Source: Deltaproteobacteria bacterium HGW-Deltaproteobacteria-22 (lineage in GTDB: Bacteria > Myxococcota_A > Polyangia > HGW-17). Taken from it: DNA of 51,731 nt. Positions 29,592-39,015 of this stretch are shown piece after piece. The notes under the pieces are model-generated. The model did not search any database and had not been told where the DNA came from. It worked only from the letters and a program-made list of their open reading frames with translations. Both the position numbers and the translations under genes were made by a program. The stretch's first letter is position 1, and each line of letters opens with the position of its first letter. Location: contig PHAZ01000002.1 in the NCBI GenBank assembly GCA_002841825.1, forward strand, positions 1 through 51,731, given 5' to 3'.

Positions 29592-30348
29592 TCTTCTCCT
29601 GTTCCTGCTCCTGGCGGCCTTCGCCTGGGTGAGCGCCTGCGACGACGGCGGCGATCCGGCCAACAACGGAAACACGGACTGCACCACGCCCGAGGTGTAC
29701 TTCCCGGAGTACGGCTGCCTTTCCGATGGCTTCGCCGACAACGACCGGGAGTACGACTGGTACCTGACCCAGATGGGCACCGGACCCGCGGAGGGCTCCA
29801 ACTGCGGCCCCACCTCGGTGGCCATGGCGCTGCGCTGGTTCGACCAGGGACAGACCGTCAGCGTCGGGACGATCCGGGACACGATCACGCCGGGTGAGAC
29901 CGGCTGGTGGTACACGAACAACATCGAGGCCGCCCTGACCAACTGGGGCACGCCGTATGCCATGCGGGCCGCCTCGGAGCAGGCGGTCCTCGACGCGCTG
30001 GATCGCGGCAGCGTCCTGCTGATCTGCATCACCATGGGCGAAATCACGCAGGCGACGGATCCCCGCGAGACCCACTTCGACCGCTTCTACGGCTACGACT
30101 CGGGACACTTCCTGATCGTCAAGGGGCATATTGACAATGCGCGATGGTTGATCGTCCATGATCCGAACAACTGGCAGTTTGACTACTACGACGACGCCCT
30201 GACGCAGCCGCTGGGCGAGAGCCGCTATTACCGCACCTCCGAGGTGCTGACCTCCATGGGTGTCTGGTGGCCGTATTTCTTCGAGATCGGTGTATCCGAC
30301 GCCACCAAATCCCTGCGCAACGTGCCTGTGGGCCGCTCGGGTCCCTGA
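29578..30348 (+). CDS. peptidase C39-like lipoprotein
   Basis: Lipobox WVSAC, Q....SNCGPTSVAM (Cys), GHFLIVKG (His), VHDP (Asp). Confidence 0.8.
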   Translation: MRKRNLLLFLLLAAFAWVSACDDGGDPANNGNTDCTTPEVYFPEYGCLSDGFADNDREYDWYLTQMGTGPAEGSNCGPTSVAMALRWFDQGQTVSVGTIRDTITPGETGWWYTNNIEAALTNWGTPYAMRAASEQAVLDALDRGSVLLICITMGEITQATDPRETHFDRFYGYDSGHFLIVKGHIDNARWLIVHDPNNWQFDYYDDALTQPLGESRYYRTSEVLTSMGVWWPYFFEIGVSDATKSLRNVPVGRSGP

Positions 30349-30369
30349 GATAGTTTAGAAATACTGCAA

Positions 30370-32529
30370 CTACGATCGCGAGGGGCGGCCGAAGGCATGA
30401 AGGGCCGCGGGCAGGATCACCAGGTTCGCCAGCAGGGAGAAGAACGAGGCGAGCACCATCAGGGTGCCCAGCCCGGAGATGGCCCGGAACTGCGAGAACA
30501 TCAGGCCTGCGAAGCCGCCGGAGATGATCACCGACGACAGCAGCACGGAGACGCCGGCGGTGGACAGGGCCGTGCCGACCTGATCGGCGGCGGGCAGGCC
30601 CTCGCGGCGGGCCTGCATGATGCGGCCGAACAGGTGGATCGAGTTGTCCACGATCAGGCCCAGCGCGACCGAGAACACCAGCACCACCGAGGGCGTCAGG
30701 CGCCAGCCGAGACGTCCGGCCACGAACAGGCAGGCCAGCAGGGGCAGCAGGCTCGGGATCAGCAGCAGCAGGGACACGAGCGGTCGCCTGGAAACCAGCA
30801 GCAGCACAAGTAGAATCAGACCCAGCGCCAGGACCAGCGAGCGCCAGAAGCCCGAAGTGAACGCCGCGAACGAGCGGTTGGCCACCACCAGGGTGCCGGT
30901 GAGGGCCACCTCGAACGGGGGCGGATTTTTGGAGATCCACGTCTCCAGCACGCCAAGCAGCGCATCGGTGTGCCGGGTGCCCAGGTCGCCGGTGAACAGC
31001 AGCATCTGACCGGCCTTCGCGTCGACGTTGTGGAATCCGTCAAGGGCCTTCTTTCCCGTCTGCGTCTGCAGCAGCGGTTCCCAGTCCTCGACGGGCACCG
31101 GGATAGAAGCCTGCATCCGGGCGAGGATGTCCTCGGGACCGAGGACCTTCCGGATCCCGTCCCGGGTCACGGCGAACTTCGAAAAGGCGCGCATCCAGGC
31201 CCGCCCGGCGGGGGTATACAGCGACGCCCCTCCCGCCTTCATGACCAGGTTGATCTGGAACAGGCCGAAGCCCTTCTGATCGATGCCGCGCATCGATCGG
31301 GCGACGGGGTGATCCGTGTCGAGGTCGTCGACCATGTAGACGGTGGAGTCCATCGGGCGGTACATGACCGCGCCCAGAACCACGGCCGCCAGGGTGAGCG
31401 CGAGAATCCACCGGTGACGCCGGCGGGTGAACGTATGCAGACCGGTCATGGCTGCGATGGCGCAGGTGGCCGCGCGGGAGGTCCGGCCCGGAGGAGAGAA
31501 TGACAGCAGCACCGGGAAGAGGGTCATCGAGAAGCACCAGGTGATCAGGATGCCCGCGGCCGTGACCCACGCGAACTCCACGACGATCGGGATGCGCGTG
31601 ATCATCAGGCTGGCGAACCCCAGCGCCGTGGTCAGCGACGTCAGCAGGCACGGGAACCAAAGGCGCGAGAAGGTCGCAGCGATGGCAGGCCCGGGCTCGC
31701 CGTCAGTGCGGGTCAGGGGGGACAGCAGGTGGATCGAGTCGGACACCCCGACGATGACGAGGATCACCGGAAGGACGCTCAGCAGCGAGGATATTCGGAC
31801 GTCCAGCAGGGCCATGAGGCCCAGCGTGACGATCCAGGCAGGAAGCACCGACAGGAAAAACAGGATCGTCCCCGGAAGGGTCCCGGAGAGAAAGAAAAGC
31901 AGCAGGAACATCAGGCCCAGCGCCACCGGCAGGAACCGGAACTGGTCGCGCTCCATGGCTTCGAGGTAGCGCGCGGTGATCACGGGCGTGCCCGAGGCCT
32001 CGACGCGGCGTCCGTCGATCCGGTGTCTGGCGGCGACGCCGTCGAGCTTCCGTCCGAAGCCGCGTAAAAATGCGTGGTGATTGTCGGCAGGTGCGATCGA
32101 GCCCGCGATGACGAAGGTGTCGCGTGCGTGGTTCCACAGCAGCATCTCGAAGAGCGGATTCTCCGTCAGCAGGCGGGGAAGCTCGCCGGGTCGCCCGCAG
32201 TCGGCGCCGGGCACGACGGTGCCGTACCACAGGATGCGGGTCAGGCCGATGGACTCCAGGTCGCGCGCGATGGCCTCGAGGGCCAGGCACCCCGGTCCGT
32301 CAAGGCCGATGCCCTGGACGAACAGGCTCACCTGCTCGTCCTGCCGGGAAAAGGCGCCCTTGAAGAAGCGGTAGTCGCGTTGCGTGGCACCGGAGACGAC
32401 GTAGAAGCTCTCCAGCGAAAAGTCCGCCCGAAGCCGGGGCAGAAACGGGACAAAGAGCGCCATGACCAGGAGCGCGGCCAGCAGGACGGTTTTTCTGCGC
32501 GCCAGCAGCAGCGGGAACGGCGTGTTCAT
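30370..32529 (-). CDS. MMPL/RND-family transporter
   Basis: Two halves with VGVSDSIH and LGLIVDNSIH motifs, LTSLTTALGFASL, ASGTPV/LTGT motifs. ATGA-coupled to the radical SAM gene. Confidence 0.9.
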   Translation of the reverse strand: MNTPFPLLLARRKTVLLAALLVMALFVPFLPRLRADFSLESFYVVSGATQRDYRFFKGAFSRQDEQVSLFVQGIGLDGPGCLALEAIARDLESIGLTRILWYGTVVPGADCGRPGELPRLLTENPLFEMLLWNHARDTFVIAGSIAPADNHHAFLRGFGRKLDGVAARHRIDGRRVEASGTPVITARYLEAMERDQFRFLPVALGLMFLLLFFLSGTLPGTILFFLSVLPAWIVTLGLMALLDVRISSLLSVLPVILVIVGVSDSIHLLSPLTRTDGEPGPAIAATFSRLWFPCLLTSLTTALGFASLMITRIPIVVEFAWVTAAGILITWCFSMTLFPVLLSFSPPGRTSRAATCAIAAMTGLHTFTRRRHRWILALTLAAVVLGAVMYRPMDSTVYMVDDLDTDHPVARSMRGIDQKGFGLFQINLVMKAGGASLYTPAGRAWMRAFSKFAVTRDGIRKVLGPEDILARMQASIPVPVEDWEPLLQTQTGKKALDGFHNVDAKAGQMLLFTGDLGTRHTDALLGVLETWISKNPPPFEVALTGTLVVANRSFAAFTSGFWRSLVLALGLILLVLLLVSRRPLVSLLLLIPSLLPLLACLFVAGRLGWRLTPSVVLVFSVALGLIVDNSIHLFGRIMQARREGLPAADQVGTALSTAGVSVLLSSVIISGGFAGLMFSQFRAISGLGTLMVLASFFSLLANLVILPAALHAFGRPSRS

Positions 32530-33713
32530 CGGCGGCGTCCGGTCCCCAGGGCCTCGGTGAGCATCCGGTGCCCGGCGCAGACCTCGGCGTCGGGATCCTG
32601 CTGCATTTTGTCAATGATATTCGCAATATTCCCGTCACGGATGTTGCCGTAGGCCCGCTGCAGGAACGGACACCGGCGCACGTCCCCGGCGGGATCGACG
32701 TACAGGAAGCTGCGGCCGCCCTGGCATCCGCGGACCGCCTCCCAGAGGTCCGGCGTGTAGGCCAGCGGGCCGGGCACGGACGAGGCGTTGCACCGGTGGC
32801 ACAGGCGATCCAGGGTCCGGTGCTCGGCGATGGAGAAGGGCGCAAGCTCCGGCGGCAGGGACTGATCCTGCACCCGGGGCGCGTAGCAGTTCACGAACGA
32901 GGCCCCGAGTCCGCCCACCGTTTCGATGAAGCCGTAGAAGGCAGCCTCCTCAAGGAGCGGACGGCCAATCACGGCGTTGACGGCCACGAGGAGGCCGGCT
33001 TCACGGGCCTGGCGCATCGTGCACGCCGCGGTGTCCCAGGCGGTGTCGCCGCCCTTGACGCGGTTGACATGGGCGAGGTCGTGGGAGTCCATCGAGACCA
33101 TCACGCCCGAAAGGCCGGCACCGGCGAGGCGCGCGAGGTGTCCGGCCTCCAGCCCTGTCCCGGTGGTGAGCATCCAGAAGTGGCGCTCAGGCCGCACGCA
33201 GCGCCCAAGAAGTGCCACGAGATCGTCGGCGCGCAGGGCGGGTTCGCCCCCGGAGAAGTGGAAGGTGAAAACACCGGCGGTGGCCAGCCCTGCGATGGTC
33301 GCCTCGAGCAAATCGACGGAGGGCTCGGTCGCCTGGCGTCGGGTCGCGTCGACGTAGCAGTACGGACAGTGGTGGGGGCAGCGTCCGGTGATCGAGACGA
33401 TGGCCGTCACGGGGGCAGGGGTTCCGTGACCGGTCGCTGAGGCGACCTCACGCTCCATGCACTCGAGGAAGGCGACGGTGTCCAGCGGTGGAAGGTCGGG
33501 CACGGCCCAGACGTGACCCCGGTGCCGCACCAGCCGCCCGGGCATGGAGGCGGACAGGCGGCTCTCGCGAAGCCAGTAACGCCACAGGCGCACCGTGGCC
33601 GGACCGGCGCCCGCTCCACGCACGAGCCTGCGGGCCAGGCGGATCCAGAGGCCCACGGTGAACGCCGCCCGGCCGGGGCCCGTGAGATAGGAGGTCGAAA
33701 TGGGTGAATGCAA
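32526..33713 (-). CDS. radical SAM protein with C-terminal SPASM/Twitch-like Cys motif
   Basis: CPHHCPYCY, FSGGEP, C-terminal CQGG..FLYVDPAGDVRRCPF. TTG start preceded by GGAG. Confidence 0.88.
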   Translation of the reverse strand: MHSPISTSYLTGPGRAAFTVGLWIRLARRLVRGAGAGPATVRLWRYWLRESRLSASMPGRLVRHRGHVWAVPDLPPLDTVAFLECMEREVASATGHGTPAPVTAIVSITGRCPHHCPYCYVDATRRQATEPSVDLLEATIAGLATAGVFTFHFSGGEPALRADDLVALLGRCVRPERHFWMLTTGTGLEAGHLARLAGAGLSGVMVSMDSHDLAHVNRVKGGDTAWDTAACTMRQAREAGLLVAVNAVIGRPLLEEAAFYGFIETVGGLGASFVNCYAPRVQDQSLPPELAPFSIAEHRTLDRLCHRCNASSVPGPLAYTPDLWEAVRGCQGGRSFLYVDPAGDVRRCPFLQRAYGNIRDGNIANIIDKMQQDPDAEVCAGHRMLTEALGTGRRR

Positions 33714-33877
33714 GGGTTACTCCGTGGGCATGGCCCGGCCTCCAGGGGGCCGGGCGGGATCCCAGCAGTATACACAATGGCGATCCGGGTGCATGCCTCC
33801 AAACACCGTTTGTCCTCCTTTTCCGGGTGCTCGGCGCTCCGGACGGTTGATGTATGTATGTGAACTATGACAAGGAT

Positions 33878-35011
33878 TTAGTGACGGATGAGGCGGCGGC
33901 GGATCAGCACAAAGGTGAACAGCAACGGCAGCAGCAACGGCAGTCCGCCGGGATTCCGCCGGCCGCCGACGGTGCAGGAGCAGCCATCATCGGCCGTGGT
34001 GTCGCCGGGCTCGCCGGGATCGTCGGTGTTGCAGGTGTCGTCGGGCCAGGTGGTGCCCGGTGTGACGCAGCGCACGGCGCCGTCGAGGCAGGCCGAGACG
34101 CCCTCGCCGCACCGGTTGATGCAGGCGTAGCCCTCGCCCAGGGTCACGGTTGTGCCGTTATCAACCAGGCCGTCGCAGTCGTTGTCCTGTCCGTCGCAGA
34201 CCTCGGTGCCCGGGCTGTTGGGCGAGCACGTCAGCCAGCCGGCCACGCACAGTTGCCTCCCTTGTGCACAGACTCCCAGGGCGCCCTCGCCGACGGTGCA
34301 GTCGGCCGCCTCGCCTTCGGGATCGGACCCGTCGCATGCCGACCAGCCCGTCCACATGCAGCCGGTGCAGGAGCGGGTGCGGGTGCCGCAGTCGCCGCAG
34401 TTTTCGGACTCGGTGCTGCCCTCGTCGCACTCGCAGGTGGTGAGGTTGATCCGCCGGGCACCCGAGTACACCGAGGAGAATGTGCGGCTGTTGCGGACGA
34501 TGCCGTAGGAGCAGCCCTTGGCCTCGACGCAGTCGTGCTCGCCGAAGGCGTCCTCGGAGCCGATGACCAGGATGACGTGGCTGTCGCTGGCCACCGCGTC
34601 AGCCGGACGAAGGTCGTTCATGGGAACGACGTTCCAGTACTCGTTATCGGCCGTGAAGCTCGAGGCCACGTAGCGGGCGGTGTTGCAGGCGTTGGTGGCC
34701 AGGGGATCGGGCACCTGCCAGGCGCGGGACACGAAACCCGAGCAGTCGGCTCCGTAGGTGCCCGTGTGGGTGCACTCCGGGCAGCCTGTGGACCCATCGT
34801 TGGGCGTGCAGACGCCGGGGGCGCAGCCCACCAGATCCGGGGCGCAGCCGTTGGAACACCAACATTCCCCACCCCACCAATAGGAAAATCCGACGGCCGA
34901 CAGGCCGCGGCAGACGATGGCGTCGGGCGGCTCGGAGGGTGGCGCCGCCTGGGAAACACCAGACGGGAGCGCGATCAAGCAGAACATCAGGCACGCGAAG
35001 AGGTTTTTCAT
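33878..35011 (-). CDS. NlpC/P60-like cysteine hydrolase + Cys-rich repeats + MYXO-CTERM-like anchor
   Basis: GFSYWWGG, GADCSGFVSRAW, SHVILV, EAKG, EVCDGQDNDCDG.VD, GCSC...LLLPLLFTFVLIRRR. Confidence 0.8.
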   Translation of the reverse strand: MKNLFACLMFCLIALPSGVSQAAPPSEPPDAIVCRGLSAVGFSYWWGGECWCSNGCAPDLVGCAPGVCTPNDGSTGCPECTHTGTYGADCSGFVSRAWQVPDPLATNACNTARYVASSFTADNEYWNVVPMNDLRPADAVASDSHVILVIGSEDAFGEHDCVEAKGCSYGIVRNSRTFSSVYSGARRINLTTCECDEGSTESENCGDCGTRTRSCTGCMWTGWSACDGSDPEGEAADCTVGEGALGVCAQGRQLCVAGWLTCSPNSPGTEVCDGQDNDCDGLVDNGTTVTLGEGYACINRCGEGVSACLDGAVRCVTPGTTWPDDTCNTDDPGEPGDTTADDGCSCTVGGRRNPGGLPLLLPLLFTFVLIRRRLIRH

Positions 35012-35991
35012 GGCGTCCTCCCATCCCAGCGCACAACAAAGACGCCCTCCCAGGTGAAGAACATCTGCCATACCCCGCCGTCGGGGCCGAGGCGGACCTC
35101 CTGACGCTGGTCCAGCTCCGTGAGCACCCAGGGGCTGCGGGCCGACCAGAGCTCGGCGAAACGGTTGTCGAGGCGGATCAGGCGGTACCGCTCGTCGAGC
35201 ACTCCAAAGGGGGTCGTGCCCCCGAAGAGCGCCTCATGCACGACCGCCAGCACCCGTCCCTTCGCGTCGGCGTCGAGGGCGACGATGCGCCGGATCGGGA
35301 GCTCCCCCGGGATCGTGATGGTCGCGTCTGGCTTCGCGGCGTTGCGCGGGCCGATGGAGATCCTGGCACCGCCGGCGGGGCGGTCCAGCGTGCCGATCAG
35401 ACTCCTGCCGCCCTCGATGGGGCGTCCGAGGACGATGCGCCGCTCACAGGGCCCCATGGCCGCGTCGAGCACCCGCACGCTGTGGCGGTGGGAGACCTCG
35501 AGCCAGACGCCGTCGGTGCGGGCGAACATGGCCGTGATCAGGCCCGCGTGCTCGATGCCGTGTCCGACCAGGTCGAGCTCGGTGACGATGGAGCCGTCGA
35601 GGTCGTAGACCAGCAGGGTGCGCGTGACCAGGCGGTCCAGGGCCAGCACGAAGCGTCCGGCCGCCTCGCCCACGTCGTCGAAGGCGGGGCCCGGCAGCGC
35701 ATAGGCGGGCAGCTCCCGGCCCGCGGGGTCGAAGTCGAGGATGCGCAGGTTCACCTGGTCCAGGATCAGGAGGCCGCCGTCGGCCTTCGTTGCGAAGCTC
35801 TTGGGTCCCTCGCTGTCGGCCTCGTCACCCAGGAAGCGCCCGACGTCGGCGTCCCAGGCCAAAAACAAGAACGGCTCGGGCAGGTCATCGGCCGCCACCG
35901 CGTGGGAGATCCGGGGGAAACCGGCCAGGCCGAGCAGCAGCAGCAGGGGACACGCGACCAGCAGGGTTTTCCGGGTGTTTCGTGTGTTCAT
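35008..35991 (-). CDS. secreted hypothetical (NHL/beta-propeller-like) protein
   Basis: Signal peptide, EGPKSF...GGLLILDQVNLRI blade-like motif. GGGAGG SD and ATGA coupling to the NlpC/P60 gene. Confidence 0.75.
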   Translation of the reverse strand: MNTRNTRKTLLVACPLLLLLGLAGFPRISHAVAADDLPEPFLFLAWDADVGRFLGDEADSEGPKSFATKADGGLLILDQVNLRILDFDPAGRELPAYALPGPAFDDVGEAAGRFVLALDRLVTRTLLVYDLDGSIVTELDLVGHGIEHAGLITAMFARTDGVWLEVSHRHSVRVLDAAMGPCERRIVLGRPIEGGRSLIGTLDRPAGGARISIGPRNAAKPDATITIPGELPIRRIVALDADAKGRVLAVVHEALFGGTTPFGVLDERYRLIRLDNRFAELWSARSPWVLTELDQRQEVRLGPDGGVWQMFFTWEGVFVVRWDGRTP

Positions 35992-36034
35992 GCGTCACCT
36001 CCCATTGCAAACCGACTTCACGCGGGTCGCCGGA

Positions 36035-37450
36035 TCACTGGTCTCCGAACAGGATCATCTCCGCGGGCGCGCCGCCCACGGTCGTGGTCAGTTCATACCG
36101 TACCCGCGTGCGGTCCGCACAAGCCTCGGACGTTCCGACGTAGATCTCCACCGTGTAGAGCCCGCCTGAAGCGGCGGAAAACGTGTACGACGGACAGGAC
36201 CACTGGGGCGGCGGGAACGTGCAGTCGAAGTCGTCGTCGGCCTCGTGCAGTTCGGTGCCGTCGGGGGCGCGAACGCGCAGGCGCAGGTCGGCCGCGGTCT
36301 GGGCATCCACGGTGTCGGTGGCCAGGAGCACCTCGGCTCCCGCGGGCGCGAAGAACGCGTAGCGGTCGATGAATCCGGTGTGGCTGCAGCCGAGCAGGTC
36401 GGCTGTGGCGGGGCTGTCGGCGGCCAGGCCCACGGTGAGCGTGGCAGCGCCCGAGGCAGTGTCCGCGCCATCGACGAACAGGTCGTAGAAGAGGCCATCG
36501 ATCGCGTCGAAGCGCATCCAGGAGGCGGGCGCGAACGGCCCGGCGCCGTCGTCGCAGGCGATCTCGGCCTCGGAGGAGGCGCAGAAGCTGGCACCGTCGG
36601 TGCCGCCTTCGCGCAGGTGCAGCAGCGTGTCGAAGGTCGTGGCCGGATGCGCGGTCGTGGCGATCCATTCAGCCGTGACCGGGGCGACGAAGGTCACACG
36701 GGCTTCTGCCGCCGCGCCGCCGCCGCAGGTGCCCGCCACCGATCCGGCGCCGCCGGTGGTGTCCAAGGCGAAGGTCTGGCCGGTCAGCAGCCGGGAAGTG
36801 AGGTCGGTGACGGTCCCGAGGCCGTCGCACACCCCGCGGTGCGAGAGCGACAGAGCGAACACATCGTCTTCCCCGCCCGCGGCGTCCCCGCCGCCGGTTT
36901 CCACCATCACCACGTAGGCGCGCAGGGCCTGCACCTGAACGGTCAGCGCGGTACCGCCGGACGCAGATGCGATGCAGCCGACCGGGCTGCCGTCGCAGGT
37001 GTCCTCGCGGACCTCGATGATCGTGGTGGTGTTGGTCGCCGGATGCAGCGTCGAGATGACCAGCTCGCCGGTGAAGTCGGGCGTGAAACTGACGTAGACC
37101 TCCCGGCCACTGGCAAAGGAGCCACATGAAGGCGAGTCTGCGTCCATGCCCAGAGCAGGGTAACCGTAGAACAGTTCACCCGAGGCGATGTTGGGTGAGA
37201 GATCGGTGGCCGTGCCGCATGCCACGAGGCAGTCCGCGGCGCAGCTCTCCCGCGTCTCGGCCGGGGCGGTGCACCAGCCGTCGCCGCAGGTGACGGGGCA
37301 GTCCACGGCGCAGTTGCCTGGATTTTCGCCGGACGCACAGGTGCCGTCGCCGCAGGTGGCTTCGCTCTTTTTCTCATCGTCGCAGGCGACCGCCTGCAAA
37401 AGCGTCAGGATCAGGAAGAGGCGGACAGGAACGATGAAAGAACGTGGCAT
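36035..37450 (-). CDS. Cys-rich lipoprotein with PPC-like beta-sandwich domains
   Basis: Lipobox AVAC, CGDGxC...E...C..DC repeats, TTFDTLLHLR..C...EIACDD and ADLRLRV..PDG.....DDD motifs. Confidence 0.8.
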   Translation of the reverse strand: MPRSFIVPVRLFLILTLLQAVACDDEKKSEATCGDGTCASGENPGNCAVDCPVTCGDGWCTAPAETRESCAADCLVACGTATDLSPNIASGELFYGYPALGMDADSPSCGSFASGREVYVSFTPDFTGELVISTLHPATNTTTIIEVREDTCDGSPVGCIASASGGTALTVQVQALRAYVVMVETGGGDAAGGEDDVFALSLSHRGVCDGLGTVTDLTSRLLTGQTFALDTTGGAGSVAGTCGGGAAAEARVTFVAPVTAEWIATTAHPATTFDTLLHLREGGTDGASFCASSEAEIACDDGAGPFAPASWMRFDAIDGLFYDLFVDGADTASGAATLTVGLAADSPATADLLGCSHTGFIDRYAFFAPAGAEVLLATDTVDAQTAADLRLRVRAPDGTELHEADDDFDCTFPPPQWSCPSYTFSAASGGLYTVEIYVGTSEACADRTRVRYELTTTVGGAPAEMILFGDQ

Positions 37451-37456
37451 GCACGA

Positions 37457-37485
37457 ACTGTCCCGCGAATAAGGATGACTGTCAA
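37457..37485 (-). promoter_or_regulatory. putative sigma70 promoter giving a leaderless mRNA
   Basis: Minus strand TTGACA-17 bp-GACAGT, then 6 nt, then ATG 37450. No SD present. Confidence 0.5.
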
Positions 37486-37547
37486 GCGGACCTCTTTGAT
37501 TTTTTGAACAGGACTATTTTGCTCGACCGAGCGGGGAATTCGCTTTT

Positions 37548-38978
37548 CTACGGCTTTTGGCCCTTGAAGAACTTGGCCAGGGAGACGACCAGCTCGTCCT
37601 GCAGGGTGCGGGCGCCCTTGAGGTCGCCGCCGATGCCGTCCTGCATGATCGCGAACAGGATGGTCCGGTTCCCCTTGCTGATGTAGCCGGCCAGGCAGGA
37701 GGCGTCCCCGAGGGTGCCGGTCTTTGCGTAGACCACATCCTCGGCGGCGGTGCCGGTGAAGCGCTTGTAGAGCGTGCCGTCGCGGCCCGGGCGCGGCAGG
37801 GAGTCGATCATCAGCGCCTGCAGCCAGGGCAGCGTGGCGTACTGTTCCATGGCTGAGGCCAGCGCCCGCGCCGAGATCTTCGAGTTGCCGAACAGGCCCG
37901 ACCCGTTGGCGAGCACGACCTGGTTGCGCTTCACTCCTGCGCGCGTGAGGAAGGCGTAGACCGCGTCGAGCCCCTTCTGGGTGGTGCCCGGCTGGCCGGT
38001 GATCTGGGCGCCCAGCGCCTTGAGCAGGTTCTCGGCGTAGAAGTTGTTGCTGTGGCGGTTGGTGGCGCGTACCAGCGCCGCGAGCGTGTCACTGGAGTGT
38101 GAGACGATCACGGGCACCTTGGCCGGGGTCGCGCCGCGGGCGAAGGTCTCGTCCACGGTGATCCCGTTCTCCTTGAGCACCTGCAGCAGGATGCCGTGGG
38201 CATAGCGGGAGGAGTCGAAGGATCGGACGCGGTTGACCACCTTGGGATCGGCCGCGGTGATGGTCCCCTTGGCCTTGATCTGGAGGACGTCGCCGCGGGT
38301 ATCGGTGGTGAAGCGGACGTCCTCCTTGGTGCCCACGGTCACCTCGCTGCTGCATGTGTGGTACGGGCTCGCAGGCAGGCAGGTGATGGCCACCTCGGCG
38401 TCCTTGATCTCCAGGGTGACGGTGATGGCGTTGCCCTCGACGGTGGTGGGCGTGGGCAGCGCCAGGAAGCCCTCGTTTCCTCGCGAGAACTGGAACCCCG
38501 CGGGCTTCTGGCGGTCGAAGTAGGTGTCGTCGATCACGACGCCCTTCGGGATCTTGCGGACGCCCTTGGCCTTGAGCTGGCGCACCAGGGCGGTGAGGTT
38601 GTCGAGGGTCATCGACGGATCGCCGTTGCCACGCCAGTACAGCGGGGTCGTGAGCGCGTCGCCCTTGATCTCCCCGAGCAGGCTGGAGGTGAACTTGTAG
38701 GAGGCACCCATGTGGCGCAGCACCACGCCCGTGGAGAGGATCTTCAGACAGGAGGCCGGCACCATGGGCTGGTCGAGGTTATGGCCGTAGATGCGCTTGT
38801 TCACGCCGCTCCAGCGTGCGTAGGCAGCCTTGCGCCCGGCGGTGCGGTCGTTTTTGATGAGGCGGTCCCATTTCTTCTTGAGTTCGGCCTCCTGCGCCCG
38901 TACGGGGCGGGGAACCGACAGAAGAAGGAGAATCGTGGCGGGGAAGATCCATGTCTTGACGATCCGGAGGCGATCCAT
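37548..38978 (-). CDS. dacB: D-Ala-D-Ala carboxypeptidase/endopeptidase PBP4 (peptidase S13)
   Basis: PASCLK (SxxK), GNGDP, HSNNFYAE (SxN), NGSGL, AKTGTL (KTG). Start is 38978 or 38990. Confidence 0.92.
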   Translation of the reverse strand: MDRLRIVKTWIFPATILLLLSVPRPVRAQEAELKKKWDRLIKNDRTAGRKAAYARWSGVNKRIYGHNLDQPMVPASCLKILSTGVVLRHMGASYKFTSSLLGEIKGDALTTPLYWRGNGDPSMTLDNLTALVRQLKAKGVRKIPKGVVIDDTYFDRQKPAGFQFSRGNEGFLALPTPTTVEGNAITVTLEIKDAEVAITCLPASPYHTCSSEVTVGTKEDVRFTTDTRGDVLQIKAKGTITAADPKVVNRVRSFDSSRYAHGILLQVLKENGITVDETFARGATPAKVPVIVSHSSDTLAALVRATNRHSNNFYAENLLKALGAQITGQPGTTQKGLDAVYAFLTRAGVKRNQVVLANGSGLFGNSKISARALASAMEQYATLPWLQALMIDSLPRPGRDGTLYKRFTGTAAEDVVYAKTGTLGDASCLAGYISKGNRTILFAIMQDGIGGDLKGARTLQDELVVSLAKFFKGQKP

Positions 38979-39015
38979 TACTTTGCGCATGATTTTTCCT
39001 GAAGGCGGTGTGTGC

